Shown here one piece after another: positions 8,899-21,443 of a stretch of 64,000 nucleotides of DNA (positions within the stretch are counted from its first letter, which is position 1; each line of letters opens with the position of its first letter). The translations under genes were made by a program, and so were the position numbers. Under the pieces are notes generated by a model that saw only the letters and a program-made list of their open reading frames with translations, was not told the DNA's origin and did no database searches. The DNA comes from Perkinsus olseni (Eukaryota). Where the stretch lies: the NCBI GenBank assembly GCA_013115125.1, contig JABANN010000090.1, positions 1 through 64,000 of the forward strand, read 5' to 3'.

Positions 8899-11800
8899 TC
8901 AGGAGGCCGCTCGTCCCTGAATGAGGAGAGCTGAAAGCGGATAAATATCCTCGGCCCACCTTCGTGCGTCCTCCAACACCTGCAGTAGGCCGGGTATGGT
9001 CTCCCACAGAGGCCCGGCACTGAGGTCCCCGAGGAGATGCTCTGTTCCGTTGTAGAAGAGAGACCACAAGTCCAGGTACCTGTTACACGGGCATGCCGTG
9101 TAGGCCTCCTTCACGAGAGGTTCACTCTTTTCGCGTTGCGATCTCGTCATTCACGGCGCCTTGGCCGTCAAGGAAATGGAAGGCTACGATATCTGAGCAT
9201 CCCGTCCGAGGGGCGGTGGAGATTAGCGCTTACCAGACAAGTCGCCGGTCCACCCCTCGTCCTCGTACACGCGATTGGTGATGTAAGCATTTACCGGGTC
9301 GAGTATCTGATTAGCATAGCAGCACGATTAACTCACACGAGGAATTTGAGAACACGTTCGAAGACCATTATTCGAGTTCTTCACTCTGCAAGTGTGTGTG
9401 AGTTAAAAGTCCAACGCCGACAGTACGGCTGGGTTAGACTAGCACCGATGTGTCTTTCCGTGGGGGGAACGGTTCAGCCTGTTAATAGGCCCTGTTCATG
9501 GAGCGAGAAATGTGGCCCTCAGTACGAGGTCATAGTCAGCAGGTAGCCACTCACACCGTATCGAGTCCGGGTAGTTGAGCCGTTCATTAAAACTTCGAAC
9601 TCATCCCAATGCGGCCACCGACGGTCGCTCGTGCCTGACCTATTCGTAGGATGATACGGTGGGTGGATGGTACGCAGGCTGTTGACGTTGGCCGAGTTGC
9701 CAGTCTCCAGCAGGACTTGAAAGATCCACTGGTCGTGGTCGTATGGATGATGCCAAAGCCACTTGATGAGGTACCTTTATAACGGATGCCTACTGATAGT
9801 CCATCTCGCAATCAGTGCGGCATACAGATAGAAAGACACACTCGACTGTGTCGGTCTAGAGTAGAACAGCCCAATGTTCATGCAGCCATCACCGAAGGTA
9901 CCTAACGGACAGTGAGGGACGGCAAGGTGGCACGGGCCCGTACGAGAGACTAGAATATCAGCATTATCGCGGTGTGCTTGCTCAAGTAGGTGCTCCTGAG
10001 GAGCCGTACTGAGGGAATAGTGGAGCCCTGAGCTGCTACTGTTGGTGATTTGAAGAAGATAACATCGAAGTCCATGACGACGACCTGTATGCCCAGCTGC
10101 AGGAGGACGGACAACAAAGTGAACTTGTTGAAGAAGCCTATAGTCTGGCCTCGTAAACAGTAGAGGGGCGAGCTATGAGCTTGGGAAAGTCTGGCTTCCT
10201 CGCAAGCTAACAGGGCTGGCTCGTCGATGCAGAAGATGACCAAGGGAAGGCTAAGCGCCGTCATTCTCGTGCCGAAGCCTCGTATGTACGGTGTTAGGCG
10301 CCCCCAAACTAGCGTGACGTAACTGAAAAGTCGTTGGAAACGCCAGGGTGGGGTATTTAAAGTACATGATCTTTTCGGACGGGTGAGTCTCGAGAAAGTC
10401 GATCACCATCTGAACCGCACCGATAAATGCCGGGCTATGTCGTCGCTGCTGACCAGAATGTAAAGGGATGTATCTGTTGCCGTGAGCTATTGATTCAATC
10501 GATCGGGGCATCGCGATTGAAGAAGGGAGACTTAACGATGGAGCCTAGAGAAAACTTTCGAGACCGGCTTGGCGACCAAGCTGCCAGAGAAGGCTGATGT
10601 GCCCGTCGGATGAAGTAAATATTAGGAAGGGAAATAAAGACAAGTTCACGAGAGTTGCGAATACCTTCTGATAAGCTCCGCATGCTTGTAGGGACCAAGC
10701 CAGAAGAGCTTCTCGCCGTCCAGGCCATACTCCGTCTGCACCGATGTGAGCTCGCTTGGGAGGAGATCCATGGCATACCTAAGCCATGAAGCTCAAAGTC
10801 GACCCAGTAGAACTCGCACGTCCAGGCTCACGGCATCTTAGAGTAGGCATACTTCACATCTCGAATCACCGATAGGATGGTCCACCACGGCCAGGATGAA
10901 CTCCACAGCACACGAGCTGGTGTCTGCGGCAACAACGGCTGGACGGCTGTTTTAAAGAAGGTGAGGTAGGGGGACTGGCCGAGGCCCCCGGTGGGGTAAA
11001 GAGGGCACTCATTCCTACTGTAGACATGAGCTCCAAGAAGCCGTCTGCCGAGTTGATGGTTTGATCGTGGGCCTTCTGTACGGACAGGAGGAGCTTCATT
11101 CCAAGGACGGCCATAGATCCCAGAGGGCATGCCTCTGCAATCACAGAAGCCTCCGCGGGAGAAGGAAGTAGTGAGTGCTACAGGCCAGACAGATGAGCAG
11201 AGACAGCGTCGTAATTTCGGCATGTGATTGGGGAAAGACAGGTGATAAACCTACCTTCGGTGTCCATCTTGGCCGCGGCCTTGATCAAGATTTTCGGTAT
11301 GAAGGCGGTTCTGAGTGGAGGGCATTGCACTTAGAATGACACACACATGACGTCGTCAAAGACACAGGATGTCGGGCTAGATCAGCACCGTTGAGTCTGG
11401 AGGATCCACTGAGTGAGTCCGAGCTCCTTTAGGCTCCTAGTCACGTTGTGGAAAGCACGCCAGTCAGCAACAACCTGGAACGAAAGGCCAACTGATGCGT
11501 GCCAGTCAAGCAACCAAGCAGCTTGGCGCAGTGGATAGCGTGTTGGGCTCATAACCCAAAGGTCCCTTGATCGAAACAAGGAGCTGCTATTTTTCCACAC
11601 AAAAATGCATATCCTGCAGCCAGAGGCATCGCTCACTTGAATCAATCAGGAAGCTCAGAGTCACGGATATTCGCCTACGATCCACGGCATCTCATAGTTT
11701 ACCCACTTCCCCCGTAAGCTCGTCGGTCAGGTATCGAGGGCAGGGATCATCTAGGTGCTCGCGGACGTGTAGATTGTATCTTAGCCGTCAATCGAGTGTC

Positions 11801-12616
11801 GAGGCACTCAATCACCCTGTGAAAATTACGCTGCAGTCATGCTGAGGAGAGGCTTCGACCATCTGGAGTTCAGCAATGGTATCAGCCGCAGCCAGCCCAG
11901 CCAGTATATGCCGCGCAGCATCTCCCCGAGTTTTCCGAACCAGAACTGAAGGAGTCAGCGGCACAGTCATTGAGTTTATAGAGACCTTACTTTAGCGGTC
12001 ATTCGGAAGCCTGCCAGATCAGAGAGTACTGCAGCCGTGCTGTACAAGACAAGGCTACCGTAACTGTAGTACAAAACTAACGTGATGCTCACAGATCTGC
12101 CGCGAGCTGCAAGATCTACGAGTGCTTTCAAGAAGCTCGAAACCGATCTATGCTCGCGATGCCCCAGGTACGGGCAAGTGTCCGGCGAGATATCCTCGAT
12201 AGTCCGATTGCCGTGAAGAGCACTACGAGGGTATAGAATATTCAATTGAGTCGCTTGGAAGGCATCCAATATCTGACGGGAAAAGAGCCGCCGAGGCTGG
12301 TGAAGCCACTAGCAGACCTCCACTCACCAGAGCTCTGTCTGAACTGCTGTACGACTGGACCATACCGATATACCTGTCACATCGTCGAGCGAGACAGGCC
12401 ACAGGCAGACCGATGAGATCGTATTCGTTCGCGCATCAGCTAGGATTCGCGACGAAAGACGGGCGGTGGAGTTTACTCGTTCATGTTCATGTGCAGGTCG
12501 TCCCATAGCTCATTCCCGGACAAGGTGCAGTCGAAATCCGGAAGAGTGTCGAGGACCACGGGAGGCTGTCGAGCCAGGACTCCCGCGAGCAGCGACAGTT
12601 GTTCAAGCGGCTTCAT
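8899..12616 (-). CDS. Multi-exon nucleotide-diphospho-sugar transferase (Nucleotid_trans/GT77-like) with long N-terminal extension
   Basis: FNKFTLLSVLLQLGIQVVVMDFDVIFFKSP (DxD motif, about 10050-10140) followed by DGCMNIGLFYSRPT (about 9845-9895). Whether all upstream exons to the ATG at 12616 belong to one gene is not certain. Confidence 0.65.
11517..11589 (+). tRNA. Initiator tRNA-Met (CAT)
   Basis: Full cloverleaf AGCAGCT...AGCTGCT-A with A1:U72, anticodon loop CTCATAA, three G:C pairs in the anticodon stem, ATCGAAA T loop, then a T run. Confidence 0.95.
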
Positions 12617-12795
12617 AGTGGGAGTTAAGAAAACTACGTGAGTGAGGAGGCGGTGTGTCGGCTGGATGCAACAATATCCGGCATGAACCGCTATGAAATG
12701 TTGGTGGCCTGCGGATGTGTAAGAAGAGAAGGCTATAAGATTACGTGAAAGAGCGAAGGAGCAGTGCCGTTGGTGCGCTCATAATGTCAACCAGC

Positions 12796-12868
12796 AGCAG
12801 CTTGGCGCAGTGGATAGCGTGTTGGGCTCATAACCCAAAGGTCCCTTGATCGAAACAAGGAGCTGCTA
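12796..12868 (+). tRNA. Initiator tRNA-Met (CAT), second copy
   Basis: Identical 73-nt sequence to 11517-11589, followed by a T run. Confidence 0.95.
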
Positions 12869-13029
12869 TTTTTCGACACAAAAACTGTGGAGATTATTGA
12901 ATGCAACATCTCTCTTCCACCACGAAAACGCCAGCTTATTGGGAGCAATCGATTCGTAAGCAAGCACTCTGCCTCGATCGGACAGCTCAATCGCCGATGT
13001 GCCGCCTCCTGGATTTACAAAAGTCTCCC

Positions 13030-14056
13030 TCACTGTGCCGCGAGATGCTCCTTTTGAGCATTGCTCCGAGCGTCCATCCAAGATATGTACGTATTCCAGA
13101 ACACTCCACATGCAGCAAGGTAAGGAACCCTAGTCGTCGACGGAATGCTGACAGAGGTGCCTTCCAGCATGCGGCAGACGACGTACCCCGCACACGCTGA
13201 GTTGAGGATTCGTTGTGGAGCACTGGGGGCCAAGATCCCAGACTAGGCGGTCATTAGGCCAGAAATCTACGGAGACTAAGCACGTGATGGCTGTCATATC
13301 GGGAGTTCAACTCTCGACGATTCTCGAACGGCGCCGTCAGTCCACACTCGCAGGCGAAGAGACGCAGATGATACCACTCTTACAACTTGAAGCCGAAGGT
13401 GTTTGCGACGGGCCAGAAACCACAGCCCGCTATGAATGCCTCCGGAGCCTTTTTGGCCACGTTGTCTGCGATGCTCGAGGCGCCATCGAGTAAGCCCAGG
13501 TACGCAAATAAGGCCACGATGTACGCAGGGAAGACGGTCACCTGGAGAGAAGAGAGCTTCGGGCTTACTCCGGAATAAGTGAGAGCTCCACAGAAAGCGA
13601 GCAGACGAGAACGAGCCCACGGATTTGAGACAGCTGTAGCGCGGATGTACAGGATTGTCTATCGTCGTTGCGTGTCATTGCGCGGAGTATCAGAGGGTCC
13701 AAAGGTAACGGCATCTCGCTCCCTCCCTACCTGCGCAACCGCGGTTTTTTTGAGGACTGTTCGGAGGTTCACCGCTGGGCCAAAAAATCTATCCAACTGC
13801 CGGAAGCACATGAAAAAATAGGGACCGTGCAGAGTGCAGCCCACAAGAGCAAACCTGGCGGATCTTCCCGGAGCGTATGCCTGCACCGGGATAGCAGCAG
13901 CATAGATACTCGAAAGATACTAATACGAAGTTGTGGTAGCACCTCTGTCCCCACAAATGTTTGGGCCACAGCATCGCCTATCATCATCACCGTACCACTC
14001 TGCAGACCAGCTTTGACCGTCTGGCGGAGGAGAGAGGGAGTGGCCGAGGAAGCCAT
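13030..14056 (-). CDS. Mpv17/PMP22 family membrane protein, multi-exon
   Basis: MMIGDAVAQ, LHGPYFFMCFRQLDRFFG...VLKKTAVAQ, GCGFWPVANTFGFK and RVPYLAACGVFWNTYISW are Mpv17 hallmarks. Confidence 0.88.
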
Positions 14057-14214
14057 GAGTCTGACGGACGACCACTGGCGTGCATTGAGGTCCTCGTATC
14101 CAATGGAAATGACGAACACTACCCCAATGGAAGCTTCAGAAACGGTAAGGGTCCTATTCCGCATCGGTCATGCTGTCAACCTCAGTGCTTCTGCCCGTAC
14201 TCGCAGCAATTAAA

Positions 14215-14862
14215 TCAGCAGTAGTGGCATCCCCTCGGGAAGGTGATCGGTTGTAGTACCTGCCGTTCTAGGAGGATCGAATCCCCCGGCACGATAGAAG
14301 CAGGAAGATTCTTCGCCCTACGTTCGGTCCCATAAGAACAGGGATTGGATCCTCCATGACAGATCCAACCCACCGTGCCGTGTGAAGGTACCTGATGCCA
14401 ACGCTGCCACAGACGAGAGCATCTAGGGAGAAAACCGAAGGACACAATGCTAGCCATACCGAGGGTGCTCCCCTGTACTACCATGGGCCGTCCACAAAGC
14501 CCACCGACTGCCATCTCTCACGAGGAGCGGCAGGCTGACCCTCGCCGTGGCACCGCCCGTTCCACTGGGCACGATGCCAGTCCAGAAGAGCCTCGACAAG
14601 CTAGCCGACCATGATGGCCGCCGATCGAGGCCGAGTTGGTTGGATACCTTCCAAGACGCCGTTCTTCGCGCTGAGTTAACAGGGGCTCTACTACAATGCC
14701 ATCAATGAGCAGCACTGGCTCAGGAGGGACAGAGAGAAGCCGCCAGCCAAGCCAGGGGAATGCCAAGAGAGGCGGGATGGTAAGCAGGAGCCTCAGTGGT
14801 TGTGACCATTTCAGAGCGGGCATGCTAACCTCTACGATGGAGGAAGGGACCGAGCTCGCCAT
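14215..14862 (-). CDS. Hypothetical multi-exon protein
   Basis: ATG at 14862, open segments separated by plausible short GT-AG introns; no recognised family. Confidence 0.3.
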
Positions 14863-15002
14863 CTAGTAACAAAATACAACTTGCGAGCAGAAACAAGGGG
14901 CCTGCAGATGGTCATCATCAAAGCGTTATTAACGTAGCAAGTGTCAACAGCCTGGTCAATGGTGTATAGAATATTCACAGCTGAGCAACGGAGTGTCTTC
15001 AG

Positions 15003-16800
15003 TCAATCACAGTGGAGCTCAGGGGCCACCTTCGGGCACCATTTAATTTCGACGCTCAGCCTCTCCCGCTCAACGTCATCAGCACACTTCAATTTCTCCA
15101 CTATCGGTACGGGCGGGGGCTCACAAGACTCCACCCGCTTTCCGCTGCTCATGTACTGGTCGTAAGATCTCTTCTTCTCGAGGCTCCTCCGCGGCCGGCT
15201 GGGCTGTTGCTGCGGCACGCTCTGCACCGCCTGGAGATAGGCCCTCCAGCAACCCTTCCGTTTGAAGTGTCTTTTCAGACTTATTTCTCGACCTGGAAGG
15301 ACCTCCTGGCCCGGGATCGAGGACCAGTGACCCTCACGACCATTCTCATCGTCCATGATGCCGAGAGTCTTCTCATAGGGTATGCCCAGGACTGAGCGGT
15401 GGCCAGTGGCCCAGATGCCAACATGCTGCCTTGGTGGGAGGTACAGGGGAGGCGATACTAAGCAGGTTTGCACGACCGAGACAGTGGGGTCAAAATTGAG
15501 GAGCTGTGATGGTCGAGGGCAAGTTAGATAACACGTTTCTGATTCAAAAATACCTGAGAAAAAATTCGGTAGCTCCTACGCTTCGCCTCCAGACTGGGAC
15601 ACGACATTTAGAGATCGTCATTTCACGTCGCCCACTAGACAGCACTCTGAAGCCAATAATCGATCAAGATCCGCCCAGTCCCTTAACGGCACTACCTTCG
15701 GCGGGCTTAACAGTGAACGTACCAACACGCAAGTCCCCTCCACGCTGCCGTGACGGGTCCACCTGTATCGCTATCCTAGTGACCATGGCGTTGTTGACCG
15801 ATATCGTATCTCCTAGTATTTGCAGACGTCCGCTTGATACCCCTACCACAAGAACTCTCTCCGAATCCCTCCCTCCCCTCGCCAGACACTACCAACACTT
15901 GGGGCATTGCCCACTAAGCTGTCCCAGAAGCCGCCTTGCTTGGTCGACCATGACGCCCCGGCAGGGGGCCGTGGGAATGTTCCCGGGCCGATAAAATGAT
16001 CTTGTGAGTAATTCATACCGTTCTTATTAACTGGCACCACATAAACTCCCTAGGGATGGTTACTGATGAACTCAAGAGCAACTATCGCTAGAGAAGAGGA
16101 AACAATGAAGGCTATGATAACAGCTGGCCTCACAACGACTAGGGCGACTACCGAGGAGCGGCCAGCAATAGTGGTAGCAGCAGCAACCTTAGACGTACAG
16201 TCGATAACGATTATTGTCAATGATGACGATGATGAATAGCCAACCCTATCAGCTCGGATACGGGGCAAACAGCATGAGCAGCAACAACAGTAGAGTCCCC
16301 CAGCTAGAGCGATATAGCCGGATAGAGGGGGACTACAAGGCGAGAAGACGTTACTCCATCGCTACGCCGAACTCATTATAATCACGAGACAGAGGTTCAG
16401 AAACATAAGCTTGTGGGCGCCTTGGAGGTAGTGGTGGGTATTGTACTCGCTGATATTACATACCACATTTCTCCCAACACGCAGACTCCTGCGGGTGGAC
16501 AACCTGAATGGAATAAGAGTAGACTACCCTGTACTCTGAGCTGGATTGGCGGACTCCAAACCCAAGAGATGTGGTGGTAGCCAAAGGCCACTACAACAAT
16601 AGGGACATCAACACTGTGATTCAACCCCAATCAGGGCTAAGATCGGTGGACAGGTTTCTGACACCTCTAGCTAGGTAATCACCTACCTCAATGGTAAACA
16701 TCATAGCCTCAACATGATGCAATAATATAAGTACTGAACGGAGCCCGTGATTGGCTGTGAATACAGCGGAGGGAGGAAAGGACGATCGGCCGGTAGCAGC
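15003..16800 (-). CDS. Hypothetical multi-exon protein (ends approximate)
   Basis: Series of open exon-like segments bounded by GT/AG, with a long terminal exon ending at 15003; no recognised family. Confidence 0.35.
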
Positions 16801-17075
16801 TGAACGTCGTTAGTGGTGACACGTGACACAGTGCGGTCTTTGAAGACTGCGAGGGAAGGGAGGAGGAGAACGAGGGAGAAGCCACCTGACGTCGAGGTCA
16901 ATCACACGGTAGAGCGAAGCAGAATATACCTACCTCTTAACAGTTGATGAATGATGTCAGACTGCCAGACTCACTGAGAGGCTAAGGTGGTAGTACTCTG
17001 AAGGAAGCAATGTCGTGCCATCACGGATGCAGAAAAGGCGAGTACTACTCCTGCCTCATCCTCCTCAAGATTACT

Positions 17076-18701
17076 TTACTCAGAGTCCGACTCAGACTCG
17101 GAATCGCTCAAGCCAGCGAAGGCGTTGGTGAGAGCACCCTTGACCCTGACAGGAGGAAGCATTCCAGGCCAGAAGATGATGCCATCAAGGCCTACTTCTT
17201 CGGGCCAGTATCAACAGTGCGAACCTTAGGCTCTCTCTGAGCAACCTCTGGGCTCTTCTTCGCCGGAGCAGCGTCCCTGGCCTTGCCACGCCAGCTACCA
17301 GACCTACAAAGGCAACGCCTGATCTCCCTGATACCGGCTAGGGCAACCCTACTTGGCGTCACCCGAAGCATGAGGACCCCCTTTACCCCCCTTAGCCCCC
17401 TTGCCAGCTCTATGAGGTGACCTACGTCACAGCCCCTCAGGCCACCACCCTAGAGTTATCTATACTTACGCTGAGGAGGCCTCCGATGGAGTTGCTCTGG
17501 TGCTACCGCCACTTCGGTGCTTGGGCTCAGCCGTGTACTTACGGTCTTCCTCGTTAGAAGCAGCAGCAGGAGCCTTGGTGCCAACGTGCTCCTCACGCTC
17601 TGCTCTCCGACGCTGGTACCTAACAGTAAATCCACATAGCCCTTGGGAGGCAACAAGCGCAACATCCTACTGGGTCTCATCTCTCGGCTTGGCATTGCCG
17701 AATATACTGGCTCGCTGACGTCCTGCAGCATCCTCGTGCATTTCCTGATCACAAAGATCTGCGCAAAATCGCCCACTGTCTAGACTACCTCGAGCGGCTT
17801 GGTTCGAGGCTTGAGCTGGAGCTTCTTCCTCTCATGATGCTCGGCCTCCTCAGTAGTGGAACTACGCTCGAAGCTCTCACGGAAAGATCGGTCGCTCTCT
17901 CGGAAACTGAAAATTAATACAATGTTATTCACCCTTCAACCAGAGGCCAGCTCACCTATCGCGACCACCCCTGCGGAACTCGCGGTCATCACGGCGGGGG
18001 CCACGGGGCTCACTAAAGGACAGAAATTCCACTTCAACTGCGCGCTGGAATCCGCCTAGTACCGAGATCGCCTGCGAGGCTCCCTGCGATGCTCCTCAGC
18101 GGACACTCTAATAGTACGGCCACCGAAGTTAGCGCCGCTCATCTGGAGAGCTGCCTCGTAGTCCTCTTCCGTCTCGAAGTCGAGGTAACTGAGTAGCCCT
18201 CAGTACTGTGCAACTCCCCCCCCCAGCTACTATGATGGACTACTACCCGAATCCCTTGGACTTGCCAGTCTCCCTATCCATAATGATGCGAACACCAACA
18301 GGGGTGATATTCCTGTCTAGGAAGAAGAACCCAAGCTCGTCTTCTGAGGCGCTATAGGGCAAGCCACCGACGTACCTGCCACGACGAAGTAAACGAATCG
18401 CTCCGAACCAGTCCCTCCGGCACTTACACGCAGAAGGTCTGCGGTGCGCCCATGCCAGTCGGCAAATGCTCTTCTTCCTGATGATGAGGCGCAGCAGCGT
18501 CAGCAGCCGGACCCTCCAACGAGAAATGATCATCGCCAGGAATTTCCTACATAGCAAAATAGAATCAACACAGCCACTATCAAGTCTAGAAGGAAGCAGG
18601 TTTCCCCTCATTACGGGTGCGGCGGTAGGGGACCAGTCGGGAGACAGATCAGCGGATTCGTCGGCCCAATTGGTGGTCGACTTGATTACTGGAGATGCCA
18701 T
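17076..18701 (-). CDS. eIF4B/eIF4H-like RRM translation initiation factor, multi-exon
   Basis: N-terminal NWADES, an RRM (YVGGLPY...KSKGFGYLDF), RKKLQLKPRTKP, SIFGNAKPRDE and a C-terminal NAFAGLSDSESE are all typical of eIF4B. Confidence 0.8.
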
Positions 18702-18979
18702 GCGTAAACGAAGAAACTGGTAAAAATCAATTATTATCTGCACCACGACGAAACGCTAAGGCCAGACTCACTCTCAAGACTTGAAATCTTGCACTCTTGC
18801 AATTTCCACACGGGACAGAGTGATAGCATGGGGCAAACCTACAGTTCTCTCCCTTGGAAACTAAACACGTTTGAGTCACATGCGAATGCTACTAGACAGC
18901 GTTCAAAGCACACATGTAACATGGTTAGCGACAAGCAGCGTGAGGAAAAGCGGTATGCATAGAAAAAAAGATTGACGAC

Positions 18980-20002
18980 TCACAGAAGAGGCGTCCATCG
19001 CAGGGCGGTCCCCCGATCACAACGGACCTTCACGTCTACGTCTCGCCGCTTCTCGATCAGCCACTGAAAGGAAAGAGAAGGGGCCATAATGAGCGGTGGC
19101 TATTCCCTCACCAAGCACCACTTACCAAGCACTCACTCCGCCTTCCGGTCGCGTATTTCCTGAGCCCTCTTTTCCTTGGCAAGTTCGATCTTCCTCCAAG
19201 CCACCTGCACAGTAAACTCACTCCATCGCCACGTTCAACATCCTGATCTCAATCATTCGCCGAGCGAACGAAAATTTCGCGGAAGTGGCGCAAAGAGGGG
19301 CGTCCGCCGACTTGATCGGCCTGTAGCTGCTCCTCCCTGCACGCCCGCCGTTCCCGAAGTTGCTCTGCTCGGTGCATGTCCCCTTCTATGACGTGCAGCT
19401 TTCGACGGTACCTGCGCCCAGCCCCCTTTACGGCGCTTCGCCCTGGCGTGCAGCCCACCGACGGAGTCTTACTGGTCCAAGGATATGAGGCTGCCATCGT
19501 CAGCTATGAAGCCCATCTCATACAGGTGCGCTCGAGTGGTGGGCGACCTCCAGTAGTGGTGGAGGTTGTGGTCAGTGAGAGGGTCATACCTGAGAATGAG
19601 GGAAGAGCATGAGAAGTCGAAGCTGACCTGAAAGGGCACCAAGAGCCTCTTAGGCCCTTTTGGGTCGGTAAGCCTCTTAGTAAGAGGCCGACCCGGGGAC
19701 TAGGTCAGTACTGCTCATAGCCTCGACGCAAGGAACTCACAGAAGGGATTCACGACCACAGAGTTCGACAGGCGAGGTTTTGCACTACAACGCATGCGAT
19801 TAACAAGCCGCTAACAACGACTATCGATGATGGCACGCTTGACGTCTCATCCGTGCGCGGCCGCCATTCCCCCTTGAAGGGTCCCTTAAGCGACCTACTC
19901 AGGAAGAGGCGTTCGTCTGCCTGCTACGCAGAAACCAGCTGCCCTGGCTAGAAGTGACTGACTGGACGGTGATGGCCGTAGGGTCCTCTCCCAAGTAGAC
20001 AT
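18980..20002 (-). CDS. Hypothetical coiled-coil protein with ERICH3/FSIP2-like N-terminal motif
   Basis: Spliced peptide YDPLTDHNLHHYWRSPTTRAHLYEMGFIADDGSLISLDQYRRKL followed by charged helical exons. Ends uncertain. Confidence 0.5.
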
Positions 20003-20174
20003 CGTTAAAGAGGAAGCGGAAAATATACAACTCGCCGGCGCACACTTGAAATCTTGCTATCTTGGAATTCCGCAACGCCACCCAGGATGCGCGTGCAGAG
20101 AAAAAGGTATCTTTGTGGCTCGGCAAGCCTAAATGGTTGCAACTTCAGGATTTCATCATTAACTCATCATTTGT

Positions 20175-21443
20175 ATGCCAGTGCAACCCTCTAGAGTGCA
20201 GACCAAGCTTCCAGGCGTCGGTGGTGGACCGGCCGACAGCGGTTACAATCGCCCAGCGGGCGCCGCCCTTAAGGCTAGCAACAGCGTGCCATCCCTTCCA
20301 AGCTCTCCTGAGTCAAGATCCTCCTCAAGCCAGCCGGATGGGAAAGTAGGCGGCCGCAACCGTGAGGTCTTCAGTAAAACTAGAATGTGTAAATTTTACC
20401 TGCGAGGGCAGTGCAAGCACGGTTCTGATTGCGGTTATGCGCACGACTGGAGCGAGCTGAGACAGGCCCCTGACCTCCGGAAGACGAAAATGTGTCAACT
20501 CTATCGCAAAGGGCAATGCCCTAATGGTGCTGACTGTGCTTATGCCCACAGCCGCGATGAGCTCAGGGCCACTGCCGACGTTTATAAGACTTCCCTCTGC
20601 CGTTTCTGGATGAACGGCTCGTGTAATGCCGGCTCGAAGTGCCGCCACGCCCATGGCGCCCACGAGCTTCGCACTCGAGTGCCCACTGCTGCTGGTACGG
20701 ATGCTGTTCTCACCGCTTCTACTACTAACCGTCTTGCGGAGGTTGCCGCCGCGAATGAAGATCCTGACTTGATGGCTACTGCGGCCTCTCTTGTTGCTTC
20801 TCAGAAGGCCTCTTTGGGAAGCACTATGGCCATGAACGATTATTTGGAGCAGGCTAATTTGTTAGAGCAAATCGCGAAGACTCTAGAGCAGATCAACGAG
20901 ACGACTGGCAGTAGCGGTTTCACCGCTGGTGATGAGGTCACTCTTAGGCTACGTTCGTACACTGGTGGAAGGGATGTGGTCGCTGCTCTATTGGACGACC
21001 CGCCGGCTAGCGCCCCTAGTGTCACCAACACTCTCCCCACTGTGCCCGTACCCAGCTTGGACGCTGATGCACCGGTGTTCGTCCCGCGCAAGTCCATTAG
21101 CTCGATAAGTAATGAGCAGCTGCAGCAACTTCAGTCAATTATCGAGGAGGGCAGCTTCAACATACCGAGTGCTGCATCAACGCCTTTGAAGGGTCCTGCC
21201 ACGCCTGAGCCCAGCGCTGCTTCCGCTGCGGCCGCCGACAGTCGTCCACGCGGCCTGAGTGGTTGGAAGCCTTACGAACCTTCCAACGTTAATTCTCGAA
21301 GACTAAGTCAAATCGCCACCATCCTCGAAGCCAAGAGACGACTGTCTAGCTTCAGCCTGGCCCCGCCTGGTATCATGCCCGGTCAGAATCTCCCTCCGAT
21401 GCCCAGCCCTAACAGGGGTCCTAGTCGCGGCCCTCTCGCATAA
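20175..21443 (+). CDS. CCCH zinc-finger RNA-binding protein (3 tandem fingers), intronless paralogue of 4727-6241
   Basis: 422-aa ORF with three C-x7-C-x5-C-x3-H fingers; C-terminal blocks are shared with the 4727 gene. Confidence 0.92.
   Translation: MPVQPSRVQTKLPGVGGGPADSGYNRPAGAALKASNSVPSLPSSPESRSSSSQPDGKVGGRNREVFSKTRMCKFYLRGQCKHGSDCGYAHDWSELRQAPDLRKTKMCQLYRKGQCPNGADCAYAHSRDELRATADVYKTSLCRFWMNGSCNAGSKCRHAHGAHELRTRVPTAAGTDAVLTASTTNRLAEVAAANEDPDLMATAASLVASQKASLGSTMAMNDYLEQANLLEQIAKTLEQINETTGSSGFTAGDEVTLRLRSYTGGRDVVAALLDDPPASAPSVTNTLPTVPVPSLDADAPVFVPRKSISSISNEQLQQLQSIIEEGSFNIPSAASTPLKGPATPEPSAASAAAADSRPRGLSGWKPYEPSNVNSRRLSQIATILEAKRRLSSFSLAPPGIMPGQNLPPMPSPNRGPSRGPLA

Noticed and set aside
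14215..14420. HIRAN-like segment (VGIR...PGDSILLERQ)
   Set aside because: The expected P.N..D.NAI continuation could not be found in a downstream exon.
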